59,633 nt of DNA from an uncultured virus (IMG/VR IMGVR_UViG_3300022752_000028). Its lineage: Duplodnaviria; Heunggongvirae; Uroviricota; Caudoviricetes. The notes under the pieces were generated by a model that was not told the origin of the DNA, searched no databases, and was given only the letters and a program-made list of their open reading frames with translations. How positions within the stretch are numbered: position 1 is the first letter of the stretch; each line of letters starts with the position of its first letter. Both the position numbers and the translations under genes were made by a program. Shown piece after piece: positions 19,909-31,255 of the stretch. The stretch is from the IMG/VR virus record IMGVR_UViG_3300022752_000028; one strand, written 5' to 3'.

Positions 19909-20379
19909 ATGGCAGAGCGCAGCTTTAAAAATATCGGGACGACGGTCACGCAGCTTAGAACAGCTACCCCTACTGTTCCTGTATTTCCAATTGGCATCAA
20001 GACACCGATGACGCTCGGTGGCAATGGTAATCCATACCAGATGCACACGTCTGTTGCTGAACAAGTTCAGGACAACTTGCGCAACATGATCATGACAAAC
20101 TGGGGTGAGCGTCTAGGCCTGTACGACTACGGTGGCAATCTTAGGCTAATTTTGGCAGATTATTCGACCAACTCAGACATTGAGACGACGGTCATGCAGT
20201 CAATCATGCGAACGGTTGAGAAGTACATGCCGTTCGTCACACTTGACACATTTGACATGCAGAACCTCCCGTCGACAAGAAACGGGCAGGCAAAATTTCA
20301 AATCATAGTAAATTACAGCGTCCCAAAGATCGGCGCAAATAACCAGAAAGTTAAGATCATACTAGAGGTGATGGGATAA
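19909..20379 (+). CDS. Baseplate wedge protein, gp25-like
   Basis: QVQDNLRNMIMTNWGERL...YGGNL...VEKYMPFV matches the GPW/gp25 pattern. Confidence 0.85.
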   Translation: MAERSFKNIGTTVTQLRTATPTVPVFPIGIKTPMTLGGNGNPYQMHTSVAEQVQDNLRNMIMTNWGERLGLYDYGGNLRLILADYSTNSDIETTVMQSIMRTVEKYMPFVTLDTFDMQNLPSTRNGQAKFQIIVNYSVPKIGANNQKVKIILEVMG

Positions 20380-22223
20380 TGGCAACAATTCAGCAAAAAC
20401 TCCGCCAGCAGCGCCAGAGATCTTACCTTGGCAAAGATTTTGATGCTCTTAGGGATAATCTTGCAACCTACGCAAAGAGCTACTACTCTGACCAGATTAA
20501 AGATGTGTCAGAGAGCTCTGTTGCGGGCATGTTCATTGACATGGCTGCGTACACGGGTGATGTCCTGTCATACTACCTTGACTACCAGTTCAATGAGCTA
20601 GATCTCTCATCAGCAACTGATGTAAATAACGTCGAGAGGCTGATCAGAAGAGCGGGCGTCAAGATCGGTGGTGCATCACCTGCCATCGTCAATGTCAATT
20701 TTTATGCAGTAATTCCAGCTCAAGTTGTCAATGGCAACTATCAACCTAATACACAATATCTCCCAATTATTCAGGCAGGAACTCAAGTTACTTCAAACTC
20801 TGGGATTGTGTTTGAGTTATCAGAAGATGTTGATTTTGGCGTCGTTGATAGCAATGGAAATCTTACCACAGAATACAAGATCTTCTCGCAGGATGCTGCA
20901 GGAAATCCTACACGATTTGTCATGAAGGGCGTGGGTATCTGCTCATCAGGACGCATTGCAACAGAAACTTTCACCATTGATGACAGCTTTGTTCCTTTTA
21001 GAACAATAACTCTTGCCAATCAGAATGTGTCTGAGATTATTGGTGTAACTGACAGTGATGGTAACCAATACTATGAAGTCGAATCGCTTACACACGACGT
21101 CGTCTACAAGGCAATGACAAACACCAGGTACGATGCAGATGTCGTAGAAGATGCACTATCAGTTATACCTGCTCCGCGCCGCTTCACATCAAGCGGCAGC
21201 CGTGTGACAGGTAGAACAACTTTGACTTTCGGATCGGGTGATGCACAGTCACTCGATGATGATGTCATACCTGACCCATCAGAGCTGGCACTACCTCTGT
21301 ACGGATCGAAGAAGACGTTCAACAAAGTTTCAATTGATCCTAATATGCTACTCCAGACAAGGAGCTTGGGTATCTCGCCTACAAGCACAACACTTACAGT
21401 GTCTTATCGTTATGGCGGTGGATTAAACAATAATGTGGGTTCAGGAACAATCAATAGCATCTCTCGACTTGTGCACCGATTTCCACCCTCGACACCTGCA
21501 AGCATTGCCTCCACAATTCGAGCAACTTTTGAAGTTGACAACACAGAGACAGCTGTGGGTGGCGAGGATGCTCTAACACTTGAAGATCTGAGATCTATTG
21601 CGCTTGGTTACGCAAATTCACAGAATAGAATTGTGACTAAGCAAGATGCTGCAGCACGCATCTATACCATGCCGTCTAATTTTGGCAGAGTTTATCGTGC
21701 AGGTTTCCGTCCAAACCCAGTTAATCCTCTATCAACTTTAATGTACGTTGTTAGTCGAAACTCCAGTGGTCAACTTGTGCTATCAAGCGACACTCTCAAG
21801 ATTAATTTGAGCAAGTACCTCAACGAGTTTAGATTGATCTCTGACGCAATAGACATTGTTGATGCAGCAATTGTGAACATAAGAGTGAAGTACACAGTGA
21901 CACTTAACTCGTCTGCTGTGAAGAATACGACACTCCAGAAGATCAATCAGACACTTAAGGATTACTTCAACATTAAGAATTTCCAAATTGATCAAGGAAT
22001 TCTAACATCTGATATTATGAACATACTTCTGAATACAGACGGTGTCACAACAGTGTCCAATCTTACTTTTGAAAGTGTGAACGGCGTCGTCAACGGAACA
22101 GCATACAGCGACGTTGTCTTTAATGTCACCCAGAACACTTTAAACGGTGTAATAGTTCCACCACCAGGTGGAATATTTGAAGTTAGATATCCAGATTTTG
22201 ATATTATTGGTAATGTTAGCTAG
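20379..22223 (+). CDS. Baseplate wedge subunit, gp6/baseplate J-like
   Basis: YLGKDFDALR, MFIDMAAY.GDVLSYYLD.QFNE, GG.D..T.E.LR and SQNRIVTKQD motifs. Confidence 0.88.
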   Translation: MATIQQKLRQQRQRSYLGKDFDALRDNLATYAKSYYSDQIKDVSESSVAGMFIDMAAYTGDVLSYYLDYQFNELDLSSATDVNNVERLIRRAGVKIGGASPAIVNVNFYAVIPAQVVNGNYQPNTQYLPIIQAGTQVTSNSGIVFELSEDVDFGVVDSNGNLTTEYKIFSQDAAGNPTRFVMKGVGICSSGRIATETFTIDDSFVPFRTITLANQNVSEIIGVTDSDGNQYYEVESLTHDVVYKAMTNTRYDADVVEDALSVIPAPRRFTSSGSRVTGRTTLTFGSGDAQSLDDDVIPDPSELALPLYGSKKTFNKVSIDPNMLLQTRSLGISPTSTTLTVSYRYGGGLNNNVGSGTINSISRLVHRFPPSTPASIASTIRATFEVDNTETAVGGEDALTLEDLRSIALGYANSQNRIVTKQDAAARIYTMPSNFGRVYRAGFRPNPVNPLSTLMYVVSRNSSGQLVLSSDTLKINLSKYLNEFRLISDAIDIVDAAIVNIRVKYTVTLNSSAVKNTTLQKINQTLKDYFNIKNFQIDQGILTSDIMNILLNTDGVTTVSNLTFESVNGVVNGTAYSDVVFNVTQNTLNGVIVPPPGGIFEVRYPDFDIIGNVS

Positions 22224-22231
22224 GAGATGAA

Positions 22232-23743
22232 ATGTATTTAGCACTATCAGCAAGTAAGGATACATACATTACCAATAAAATTATTGGGTCATCTTTCCGT
22301 GCCACAGATGCAAATCTGGGTCAAGCAGGTACACTTGACTTGTTCAAACTGTACGATGAGAACAGGATCATCGGAGAGACAAATCCAATTGAGCTCTCCA
22401 GAATTCTTATAAAGTTTGATTACTCCCCTCTCACAGCACTCCTTGCTACTAAGCTGAACACAAATGACACTTCATTCAAATGTGAGCTAGTTCTAAAGGA
22501 TGTCTATGGTGGCCAACCAACACCCACTAACTTTAAACTAATTGTTTTTCCTCTGTCAAGAAGCTTTGATGAGGGTGTGGGTAGAGACGTTGTCGGCTAT
22601 AGAGACATTGATGTCTGCAATTTTTTAACTGCATCTGTCTCAACCGGTCAAGTTGAGAAGTGGTATGTGACAGGTGCTGATAAGCAAGGGCTGCTAGGAT
22701 CTTCTGACATCGACATCATCTCAAGTGGCAACTTAAATGACGGAAATGGTGTTGTCAATCTTTGGAAAGAGCAGATCTTTGCGTCGGGTGAAGAAGATCT
22801 TAGAGTTGATATAACAGATATTGTATCAGGAACACTTGCAGGCCTCATTCCTGATCATGGGTTTAGAATATCCTTCTCAGGATCGCAAGAGACAGATGAA
22901 TTCACGAGATTTGTGAAGAGATTTACGTCTAGAAATGCCACAAATGTAGGCAAGCGACCCGGAATTGTTGTCACCTACAATGATCTCGTCCGCGACAACC
23001 ACAATAACTTCTTTTTCAATGAGACAGGCACACTTCTCCTGTCAAACAACGTTAGAGGAATTCCTAGAAACATCCTGTCTGGAACGCTTCTCACACCCAT
23101 AACAGGCACAAATTGCATGATCTTGACACTGGCAACAGGATCTTTTACTAAGCAATTCAATGTCTCACAGCTAAGTTACGGTCAGAACTTTATCACAGGT
23201 GTCTACACATCTGACGTTATCCTAAACAGCTTCGAGAATGCAACTGTCTACGATCACCTAATGAGCTCAGGATCGGTTGACTTCACTGAGATATGGGGAT
23301 CCAATGATGGCAAGGTAGGTTATTTAACAGGATCACTCACTGTCTATCGTCCCGATACAGAGCAGTATCATGTTGACCTTGAACGTCTTACAATTAGCAT
23401 GACAAATATGCGGACGTCATACCAGCAAAATGAGCAGTACAGATTTAGGATCTTTATAGAGGACATCACAAGGCAGTTTATAGCTAAGAAGCTGCCTTAC
23501 GAGAACAAGGGAATATTTGTTGAGGACATCTACTACCAAGTTCGTGACACAGATTTGAATGAGGTAATTGTGCCATTCCACGATCCAGGAACAGCTGTGT
23601 CAAATGACACGTCAAGCCACTACTTTGACTTCAATATGACATCTCTTCCGCGCGGGCGCACATACACTTTTGACTTTAAGATCTTGAGAGAGGGCTCGGA
23701 AGTTGTGTTCAAGGACGTTGCAGCAAAATTTAGGGTGGATTAA
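22232..23743 (+). CDS. Virion structural protein (baseplate region)
   Basis: Beta-rich, with an ASKDTYI...SRILIKFD N-terminal motif; lies between gp6 and the large wedge gene; AGGAG SD. Confidence 0.6.
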   Translation: MYLALSASKDTYITNKIIGSSFRATDANLGQAGTLDLFKLYDENRIIGETNPIELSRILIKFDYSPLTALLATKLNTNDTSFKCELVLKDVYGGQPTPTNFKLIVFPLSRSFDEGVGRDVVGYRDIDVCNFLTASVSTGQVEKWYVTGADKQGLLGSSDIDIISSGNLNDGNGVVNLWKEQIFASGEEDLRVDITDIVSGTLAGLIPDHGFRISFSGSQETDEFTRFVKRFTSRNATNVGKRPGIVVTYNDLVRDNHNNFFFNETGTLLLSNNVRGIPRNILSGTLLTPITGTNCMILTLATGSFTKQFNVSQLSYGQNFITGVYTSDVILNSFENATVYDHLMSSGSVDFTEIWGSNDGKVGYLTGSLTVYRPDTEQYHVDLERLTISMTNMRTSYQQNEQYRFRIFIEDITRQFIAKKLPYENKGIFVEDIYYQVRDTDLNEVIVPFHDPGTAVSNDTSSHYFDFNMTSLPRGRTYTFDFKILREGSEVVFKDVAAKFRVD

Positions 23744-23745
23744 TC

Positions 23746-26700
23746 ATGGCAGCAAGCGTTGTTAGAACCAATCGACCCACAGTTTTTACTTCAAATTTGA
23801 AGCTTGCGTCCCTGTCTAATCGATACGATGACGTCACAATCAGCAACCAAGAAGCATCAAATATTGGCAATACAGGTTCCTTTAGATACGACCAGATTGG
23901 AGCTGCATTAAAGTCGACACAAGAACTTAACATCGATTACACACAGCTTGAAAATCACACTTTCTTCAATTCAGCAGTTGCAAAAGTTAACGTTGCATTT
24001 GATAGGATAATCAATAACTACCCATTTGACGGTAGCATCCAAGAGATACAAGATTTTGAAGACAGCTTGACCGGTTATGAGAGGTATATTCTCTCCCAGT
24101 TCACCAAAAGTAGAAACTTCTTACTGTTTGATGGCACGTCACACGTTTCAGTCACTGATGCAGCAGGTATCAATTTTCCAACTGTATCAAAGAATGACAC
24201 AGGCTTAGGAGTTCTTGATCCAAGGACAAATAGCTTCTCATTTGAGTTATTTTGCTATCCTGCAGCACAATCAAATGATAATCAGATCATCTTGCAGAAG
24301 AGAAAAGATGCGACAACAGCAATTACGCTTGCCCTGTCTGAGTCAGCATCAACTGCGTCATGTGATGCTCTCTTTATTGTTTCGATGGGAAGCATGTATG
24401 TGACAGCGTCAGCAGCTGTCAACAAGGGTGAGTTCAATCACCTCTATTTTGAGTACAATGCACTTGCATCATCATCATCGCTTACCATCTATCGAGATCT
24501 TGAACTTGCATCACCCGAGTCAGATTTTGTCGTATTTGACGACTTAAATTTTAGCTCTGCAGATCTTTTAATTGGAACAGGATCGTCACATACAGCGGGT
24601 GCATACACATTCGTCCCACAGCAGCATCTGTCGGGTGCTATAGATGAATTAAGATTTTTCCATGATACAAGATCACTGGCAGATCTTGAATACAACTGGA
24701 AGAAAGAGATTTATGCAACTGCACCCTTGAAGCTGTATTTCAAGTTCAATGAGCCGACAGGCTCTTACGCAGCAAGCGATGTTGTCCTCGACTACTCAGG
24801 TAATTCTCTGCATTCTTACATCACAAACTACAGTGATGCACTGCGTGCTGGAGCAAGTATTGCAAACCCGATGGTCGCTGAAGATCCTGATCGCTGCCCT
24901 GTTCTGTTCGCAGATTATCCGGCAACGCTGACTTACAATCAAACTTTACTGGAAGATGCCCGCGACTTTGATGCAGTTAATCCTAACTTGATCACAAAGA
25001 TCATACCTGCACACTACCTTAGAGAGGGCTTGGTAAGTCAAGGATTTGCTGATGAAGATGGAACAATCGGCAATGACTTTACGGGAACATCAATCCCAGG
25101 AACAGGTGAGATAGGTTCACCCCAGATTATCACGGCAATGCTGCTCGTCTACGCAAAATTCTTTGACGAGCTAAAGATGTTCGTGGATCATTTCTCAAAT
25201 CTTGTCCACGTTGATTATGACCAAGACGTGTCTGTCAGCGACAAGTTTCTGCCATTCCTTGCAAACTATTATGGGTTTGAGGTGCCTTCTTTCTTTAAGA
25301 CAGCTCTGGGTGAGCAGTTCTACGATGGTAGAAACATCACGCAGAATGATGAGAAATTGGCACAAAATCTTGACTACGTGAGAAAGCAGTTGTGGAGACG
25401 CTTGCTAATAAACATGTCAAGCATCATGCGAGAGAAGGGAACTAATTCATCTGTTCGTTCACTCTTTAACGCCGCAGGTATCATTCCTGAGAACTTCTTT
25501 ACAATCAGAGAGTTTGGTGGTCCAAAGAAGAACTTTCTTACAGGTCGTAGAGAGAATAAGACAGAAATTGCCACAATGCTCGACTTCTCCGGTAGCTTAA
25601 ATCTAACACCAGGCACACTCAACTCTCAAGGATTTTCTTCCGTAAAGCCTCACATTATAGGCTCCTTCCTCTCGGGATCACGTGTCGAGCCAGGATATCC
25701 TACAGTTGCTGGAACTCCATCAGACGGTTTGTTCACGTCAGGATCATTTACATTTGAAGGCATCTACAAGTACCTGGATCGTCAAGTTCACTTTGCGTCA
25801 GAGAGCTTGATGCGTCTTCATGTTACAGGAACGTCGGCACCGTCTGACACACACGGCACGCTATTCAACATCATTGCGTCGTCAGGAAGTGAAGAAGGTG
25901 ATTATTCACTGACACTTTACGGTCGACCGCTACAGGGTGTTTCAACAAATGTCATCACGCTGCAGCTAACAGGTGTTAACGTCTTTGATGGTGACAAGTG
26001 GAACATTGCATTTGGCCGCCAGCGCAGTGATCAGATAGGACACGCATCGTCATCCTACTTCCTGCGTGTTGGCAAAAATATCGACACTGAGACAATTGTT
26101 ACATTCCAGACATCATCTTACTTTTATGATGAAGACACGTTTGGAACGACCAATGTCCTCCAAAATGTCAGCAGCAATTATAATGCATCAGGAGCATTTG
26201 TCGTCATCGGATCGCAGAGCCTGGCATCAGGTGCATCATTCTTGAACAGCTACACAGCAGACGCCAAGGTCACTAATTTTACCGGGCGAGTTGCACAGCT
26301 CAGAACATGGTCAAAGGCACTAACAGACACAGAGTTTAGTGAGCACATTCGCAACTTCAAGTCACTCGGTGTTGATGACCCTAAGATCAATTTCTCATTT
26401 GATACAGAGACAACAGGCACATTTGAGCGTCTTCGTGTTGACACAAGCACAGATCAATTTACGACAGGCGCTGATGGAAGTGGACAAATTCAAATCTTTG
26501 ACTTTAGCCAGAACAATTTGTTCATGTCGGGCCTTGGATTTGAGGCAAACGCAAGAGTTATCAAGCCAGAGACATTCTACTACTCTCATTTAGCACCTAA
26601 CTTTGACCAGAGTACGACGACCAATAAAGTGCGCGTGAGGAGTTTGCAGCGCCCGGAGGAATATGACATCAACACGGCGCGCCTCGCACCTGTCTACGAC

Positions 26701-27141
26701 GTCATTAGAAGCGAGGAGCCAGAAGATGATCGTCGTTTCCTCATCGAGTACTCAGTTGTTAAAGCGCTTAACGAGGATATCATCCGCCTCCTGGCAGATC
26801 TTGATTTCTTCAACAACGGTTTGGGAAAACCATCTTACCTCTACGATGAATACTACCCAGACATTGAACAGCTTCGGAAGATCTACTTCAATCGTCTAAC
26901 TGACAAGCTCAACTATAAAGTGTTCTTCGATCTCTTCAAGTGGTTCGACACGTCCTACATAGATCTTGTCAGCTCTTTGATGCCCAAGAAGACACAATTT
27001 CTCGGGATCAACTACACAATCGAGTCGCACATGCTTGAGCGTCATAGGATGCGCTACCTCTACGACCAGCAGTACACGCTAGGCACTATTACTGTCCAGA
27101 ATGAGACAGGTGTGGGATTTGAAACTGGCATCATCACATAG
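23746..27141 (+). CDS. Large baseplate wedge protein (gp7/P2-I-like segment) with LamG/ConA-like domains
   Basis: LSGAIDELRFF, LYFKFNE and FTGRVAQLRTWSKALT are LamG-like. DKFLPFLANYYGF...MREKGT...G resembles the P2 gpI/gp7 core. Confidence 0.65.
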   Translation: MAASVVRTNRPTVFTSNLKLASLSNRYDDVTISNQEASNIGNTGSFRYDQIGAALKSTQELNIDYTQLENHTFFNSAVAKVNVAFDRIINNYPFDGSIQEIQDFEDSLTGYERYILSQFTKSRNFLLFDGTSHVSVTDAAGINFPTVSKNDTGLGVLDPRTNSFSFELFCYPAAQSNDNQIILQKRKDATTAITLALSESASTASCDALFIVSMGSMYVTASAAVNKGEFNHLYFEYNALASSSSLTIYRDLELASPESDFVVFDDLNFSSADLLIGTGSSHTAGAYTFVPQQHLSGAIDELRFFHDTRSLADLEYNWKKEIYATAPLKLYFKFNEPTGSYAASDVVLDYSGNSLHSYITNYSDALRAGASIANPMVAEDPDRCPVLFADYPATLTYNQTLLEDARDFDAVNPNLITKIIPAHYLREGLVSQGFADEDGTIGNDFTGTSIPGTGEIGSPQIITAMLLVYAKFFDELKMFVDHFSNLVHVDYDQDVSVSDKFLPFLANYYGFEVPSFFKTALGEQFYDGRNITQNDEKLAQNLDYVRKQLWRRLLINMSSIMREKGTNSSVRSLFNAAGIIPENFFTIREFGGPKKNFLTGRRENKTEIATMLDFSGSLNLTPGTLNSQGFSSVKPHIIGSFLSGSRVEPGYPTVAGTPSDGLFTSGSFTFEGIYKYLDRQVHFASESLMRLHVTGTSAPSDTHGTLFNIIASSGSEEGDYSLTLYGRPLQGVSTNVITLQLTGVNVFDGDKWNIAFGRQRSDQIGHASSSYFLRVGKNIDTETIVTFQTSSYFYDEDTFGTTNVLQNVSSNYNASGAFVVIGSQSLASGASFLNSYTADAKVTNFTGRVAQLRTWSKALTDTEFSEHIRNFKSLGVDDPKINFSFDTETTGTFERLRVDTSTDQFTTGADGSGQIQIFDFSQNNLFMSGLGFEANARVIKPETFYYSHLAPNFDQSTTTNKVRVRSLQRPEEYDINTARLAPVYDVIRSEEPEDDRRFLIEYSVVKALNEDIIRLLADLDFFNNGLGKPSYLYDEYYPDIEQLRKIYFNRLTDKLNYKVFFDLFKWFDTSYIDLVSSLMPKKTQFLGINYTIESHMLERHRMRYLYDQQYTLGTITVQNETGVGFETGIIT

Positions 27142-27144
27142 TTA
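27138..27144 (+). promoter_or_regulatory. Putative late promoter ATAnTTA (ATAGTTA)
   Basis: 5 nt before the ATG at 27150, with no SD. Confidence 0.45.
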
Positions 27145-27149
27145 TTACC

Positions 27150-27878
27150 ATGTCATACACACCATTTAACGAGAGCCTTCACGTCATTAGAGGCAATTCC
27201 AACCAGGATGGCATAGACATAGCGCCTGTAAGCCAGCTACTCCAGGGCAATGAGATCAGAGATCCACTGCGTCTGAGAAAAGGCATGCTACCTTACATGG
27301 GAATGCGGTCAATCAGAGTCGATGAGCAAGGGCTGTTAGATAAATCAATAGAGATCAACGATCTTGGGCAGGATGTCAAAGCATCAACAACCGCGTATGT
27401 GGATACCACAGAACGCTGGACACCCGCACAGATCGTCCAGGGAGATCTGGCAGAGAGCTTTCTCAGTGAGCTTGCCACACGGCAAGTGATTGATGAGAAA
27501 AATGATGGTCAAATCAGCATTTTTGATCCCAGTGGTATTGAAGTTCCCTTCTCTTCACGTGGTTTCAAGGGAAGCCTCAACGGAGAGAACGAGTATATAG
27601 GAACACAATTGCTAGATAGCAAATACCAGCTGCTCGACGGGCTAGATGATTTTCTAGACGGTCAAGAGGAGATTTTAGGAATAACAGTTCCTGCAATCTT
27701 GTCCATGAATGACCAGCTTCTAAAGCCCTTCGAAGATCTAAGGCACGACGACACGGATCGATTTGGTATCAATATTTTAAACCAGAATGTAAATCTGTAT
27801 GATCGATATGCGGCAGGAGGTTTTGTGTATGCAGGCAATGACCGCGACTCAATCGCCTTCGGCGGGCTTAAAGGCTGA
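27150..27878 (+). CDS. Hypothetical protein, probably structural
   Basis: Clean ORF within the baseplate block. Confidence 0.6.
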   Translation: MSYTPFNESLHVIRGNSNQDGIDIAPVSQLLQGNEIRDPLRLRKGMLPYMGMRSIRVDEQGLLDKSIEINDLGQDVKASTTAYVDTTERWTPAQIVQGDLAESFLSELATRQVIDEKNDGQISIFDPSGIEVPFSSRGFKGSLNGENEYIGTQLLDSKYQLLDGLDDFLDGQEEILGITVPAILSMNDQLLKPFEDLRHDDTDRFGINILNQNVNLYDRYAAGGFVYAGNDRDSIAFGGLKG

Positions 27879-27880
27879 CA

Positions 27881-30217
27881 ATGTCAACTAAATTTCTTAG
27901 AAAAACTGTAAGGCGCATCATAAGAGACAATGACCAGTTCCAAGATGCATATCCCAAGCTGATCAGATCATCAGATCCGCTTGATAACGGTATCGACAGT
28001 AACATAAAGTTTTCAGATAATAGGACAATCGTATTCTCAACAAACAATACGACATTTCCTGCGATGGTTCCCGTTGGATCAACAACGCTACCTTCTAGTT
28101 CAATCAGCGCAAATGTTGTTATTGATGTTGCCGCCGTTGAACAGAGTGTGCAACTACCAGGCAGCGTGGAGGGGCTTGAGCCTTTCAATGAGAGCCTTTT
28201 CAGTATTCCAGGAACAAGTGAATATACAACAACGTCTTCTCTAGCATACGGATTTACATCTGCAGCACGCAACAAGATTGCGATACCGATTGATATTACA
28301 CCCACCCAAGAAAAGCTTCTCTGCCGCCTGAGATCGGGAGAAGTAAACACAAATCCCAATAGTGAGTTTTACGGTAAGCCAAGCACAGGATTTTGCTATT
28401 TTAATTTTGATTTAAAACGCTGGGAAGATATTGGCTTTGGATATGCACCCTCTTACAACGGACATATGGGTAAGTTTTCAGGACACCGATATTTTATGGC
28501 ACAGTTCCAGGGAACATCAAACCTTGCACACATAACCAACGCATACGGATCCAGTCAAAATGCAATGACAGCTGTAGGTTATAAAAACATTGGTTCACCT
28601 ACAATGTTCTTTGACGCGCCAAACGCTAGAAGGTATTACGCAACGGGTAGTCAGGCATTGTCTCTGTCAAGCTACATTGATCAACCTTTCATGCTTGAAA
28701 GAGTTGACGTAACTTTGCCATTTGTCGCAAGAAGAAAACATCCAGGTCAGCCATTCACATCAAATATAAAAGATGGTGCTTATCGAGATGTTGATAACCT
28801 TGTATTTTTTCTCTATAGACAGACACAGCCTCCAAGTGATCATCCAGACGGTGCACAAAGAACAAGCCAGCGGTTTCTCATCACAAATGGGTCACTTACA
28901 TTCTATAATAGTAAAGTTAATGAAGCAGTCAGCTTTACAACACATAATCCAGAATTTAGCTATGACTATAATATTCCACTAACGTCTATAGTTGCAAGTA
29001 CTTTTACAGGTTCAGTTACATTCTCAATTTACCCGAAAGACTATCCAGCACAGTTTGGAGGCATTTCGTCATTCTCATCAGACACGGGTTATAGCGGTAC
29101 AACTTATCTTGTTGAAACTATGAATTTTTGGCCGGGTAGCGTGCAGAATATTGTAACAGCATCTGTTGATGCTGATGTTGACAATGCCGGGTTTTATGTC
29201 TACAGAACAAGCAACGCACCTGTAGCAGGAGATGATTACGCAGACACAAGATTTAAAGGTTTTGTCTCAACAGACACGCGCTTACTGAAAAGAGTCGAGG
29301 GATCTTTAATACCATCAAGTGGCATTATAAGCAATGCGCTTCCACAGACAGGCAGCTCACCTTACCTTCTCCTTCCTACAGATCAGTTAATCTTTGGAAT
29401 TGAGTCAGATGTCTGCACAGTTCTGCCTACGGGATCTTTGACATCACCAAACGGCTATGACGATTCGTTTTTAAGCCAAACAGGCTCATTCTTTAAGCTT
29501 CTTGCAGAGAAGGCACAAGTTACTTTATTCGGTTCACTTATACAGAGCGGTATCTCTAAGACACACAACAGCCTTAACCAAAATTTAATCTCACCTGCCG
29601 TGCATGAGATTGTTGCAAATATACAAGATGATAGTGACCAGTTTGACGTGGCCGAGAAGAAAACTTTCTACGGTAATTACATTGATAACTACGTGGCAGG
29701 TTCGATATTAGATGGCACGCGTCGCGTTTATGCTAGCTTGACAAATGACCCACCATTTCTATCGGGATCATTCACACGTCAAGTTATGTTAGTAGATGAT
29801 CAGAAAACTTACTACCAGAACGGGCCAACGACAATCTCAATTGGGCCCCCACCGTTTACATCTTTTTTTGATATTGCATACAGCAACCCTACAAAACCAA
29901 AGAACTATTTTAGATACGATCGATACGGTAATCTTAGAGACATGCTTGAGCAGGCACGGGATTACAGAATATTTAACAAAACCATCTACAAAAAAAGTGG
30001 AGGATTTGAAGAACAAGGGCCCGCATACGCCAAGTTCGTCTTGTCATCATCTGACATACCTGTGTCAGCATCACTAACCCAGTGCAATAACCTTAGCCCG
30101 TACATGACGGGAACATTTCCATTTGCTGATGATGTTGGAACGTCAACTTCACGCGGCCCGTACACAACAACGCAGAATAATCCCTTCATTCCGATCACCA
30201 ACATTTTCAAGACATGA
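27881..30217 (+). CDS. Ser/Thr/Gly-rich virion protein (candidate fibre or receptor-binding protein)
   Basis: 778 aa, beta-rich, many TGS triplets; function inferred from context only. Confidence 0.5.
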   Translation: MSTKFLRKTVRRIIRDNDQFQDAYPKLIRSSDPLDNGIDSNIKFSDNRTIVFSTNNTTFPAMVPVGSTTLPSSSISANVVIDVAAVEQSVQLPGSVEGLEPFNESLFSIPGTSEYTTTSSLAYGFTSAARNKIAIPIDITPTQEKLLCRLRSGEVNTNPNSEFYGKPSTGFCYFNFDLKRWEDIGFGYAPSYNGHMGKFSGHRYFMAQFQGTSNLAHITNAYGSSQNAMTAVGYKNIGSPTMFFDAPNARRYYATGSQALSLSSYIDQPFMLERVDVTLPFVARRKHPGQPFTSNIKDGAYRDVDNLVFFLYRQTQPPSDHPDGAQRTSQRFLITNGSLTFYNSKVNEAVSFTTHNPEFSYDYNIPLTSIVASTFTGSVTFSIYPKDYPAQFGGISSFSSDTGYSGTTYLVETMNFWPGSVQNIVTASVDADVDNAGFYVYRTSNAPVAGDDYADTRFKGFVSTDTRLLKRVEGSLIPSSGIISNALPQTGSSPYLLLPTDQLIFGIESDVCTVLPTGSLTSPNGYDDSFLSQTGSFFKLLAEKAQVTLFGSLIQSGISKTHNSLNQNLISPAVHEIVANIQDDSDQFDVAEKKTFYGNYIDNYVAGSILDGTRRVYASLTNDPPFLSGSFTRQVMLVDDQKTYYQNGPTTISIGPPPFTSFFDIAYSNPTKPKNYFRYDRYGNLRDMLEQARDYRIFNKTIYKKSGGFEEQGPAYAKFVLSSSDIPVSASLTQCNNLSPYMTGTFPFADDVGTSTSRGPYTTTQNNPFIPITNIFKT

Positions 30218-30227
30218 TGACACTGTT

Positions 30228-30234
30228 ATAATTA
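30228..30234 (+). promoter_or_regulatory. Putative late promoter ATAnTTA (ATAATTA)
   Basis: Intergenic, 7 nt before the ATG at 30242, with no SD. Confidence 0.5.
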
Positions 30235-30241
30235 GAATAGC

Positions 30242-31255
30242 ATGTCTGGTATTCTCGATTCAAAAACACGCATCATGGACGTCGTTCTCACTGTTGAGGG
30301 CCGTCGCCAGCTCGCTGCAGGAAAATTTGTCCCACAGTTCGCATCTTTTACAGATCGACACGTTTTCTACGCAAAAGATGCTGTGAGTGGATCAGATGAT
30401 GCATCTTCATACATCTACTTTGAAGCAGGCAATCGTGTCCAGGATCAGATCGTCATCGAGAACGACGACAGTGGCTTGCTGGTTCCTTATGACGGCAGTA
30501 CGACAAGAGTTTCGTCTGATGGTCGAGTTTACTCCGCGTCTATCAATACGCTGACATCACCGGGTGGAGTGGGAACTTACAATCGCGTCAACTATACCCC
30601 TGTGACGAGCTCATTTGCATCCATGTTTGAGCTGGTCAGCGGATCCATCCTTGACAGTCTGACTGAGCAGCAACTCATCCAGACGTCACTACCCTACGAG
30701 ATCTACAGTCAATTCAAGCTGACGACAGGATCTATCACTTTTCGAAGAAACAATTTTATCCCGTTTCGTGGAACGCAGCCTGTAGGACAGATTGGATCAC
30801 TTGATCCTTTCATGATTGATCGGCAACTCTCTCATCTAGACAATTTTCAGTTTTTAGCTCCTGTCTATGTAGATGATACTGACATACAGCAAAATTTGGG
30901 CACGTACCTGCCAATCTCTGAAGTAGAACCACTGACTTATGATGAGCTGATGCGCAATCTTGTCGGATCAGATCCTCAAGTGCCTCTCAAGGAGAAGATA
31001 ACTGTTGACTTTGCTGAGACATCGCTTGCGAGCAACGTCTTCATGCAGATCTTTGAAGGCTCAACAACAGATAGCACAGGTGTTGAGATGCTCAAGAAAC
31101 TTGACTGCATTGACTTTGGTGAGTTTAAAGATGAGAATGACAGGCAGCGCCCGTTCAAGCGCGTATTTTTCGTCGGCAAGGTTTATGCTGCTGACAGCGA
31201 GGATAACTTTCAGGCACCTGCCTTCGTCAATCTCTTTACAATCGTGGCGGAGTAA
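30242..31255 (+). CDS. Structural protein with a tail-collar-like N-terminus
   Basis: GILD...DVVLTVEGRRQLAAG is paralogous to the N-terminus of the ORF at 39253. Confidence 0.55.
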   Translation: MSGILDSKTRIMDVVLTVEGRRQLAAGKFVPQFASFTDRHVFYAKDAVSGSDDASSYIYFEAGNRVQDQIVIENDDSGLLVPYDGSTTRVSSDGRVYSASINTLTSPGGVGTYNRVNYTPVTSSFASMFELVSGSILDSLTEQQLIQTSLPYEIYSQFKLTTGSITFRRNNFIPFRGTQPVGQIGSLDPFMIDRQLSHLDNFQFLAPVYVDDTDIQQNLGTYLPISEVEPLTYDELMRNLVGSDPQVPLKEKITVDFAETSLASNVFMQIFEGSTTDSTGVEMLKKLDCIDFGEFKDENDRQRPFKRVFFVGKVYAADSEDNFQAPAFVNLFTIVAE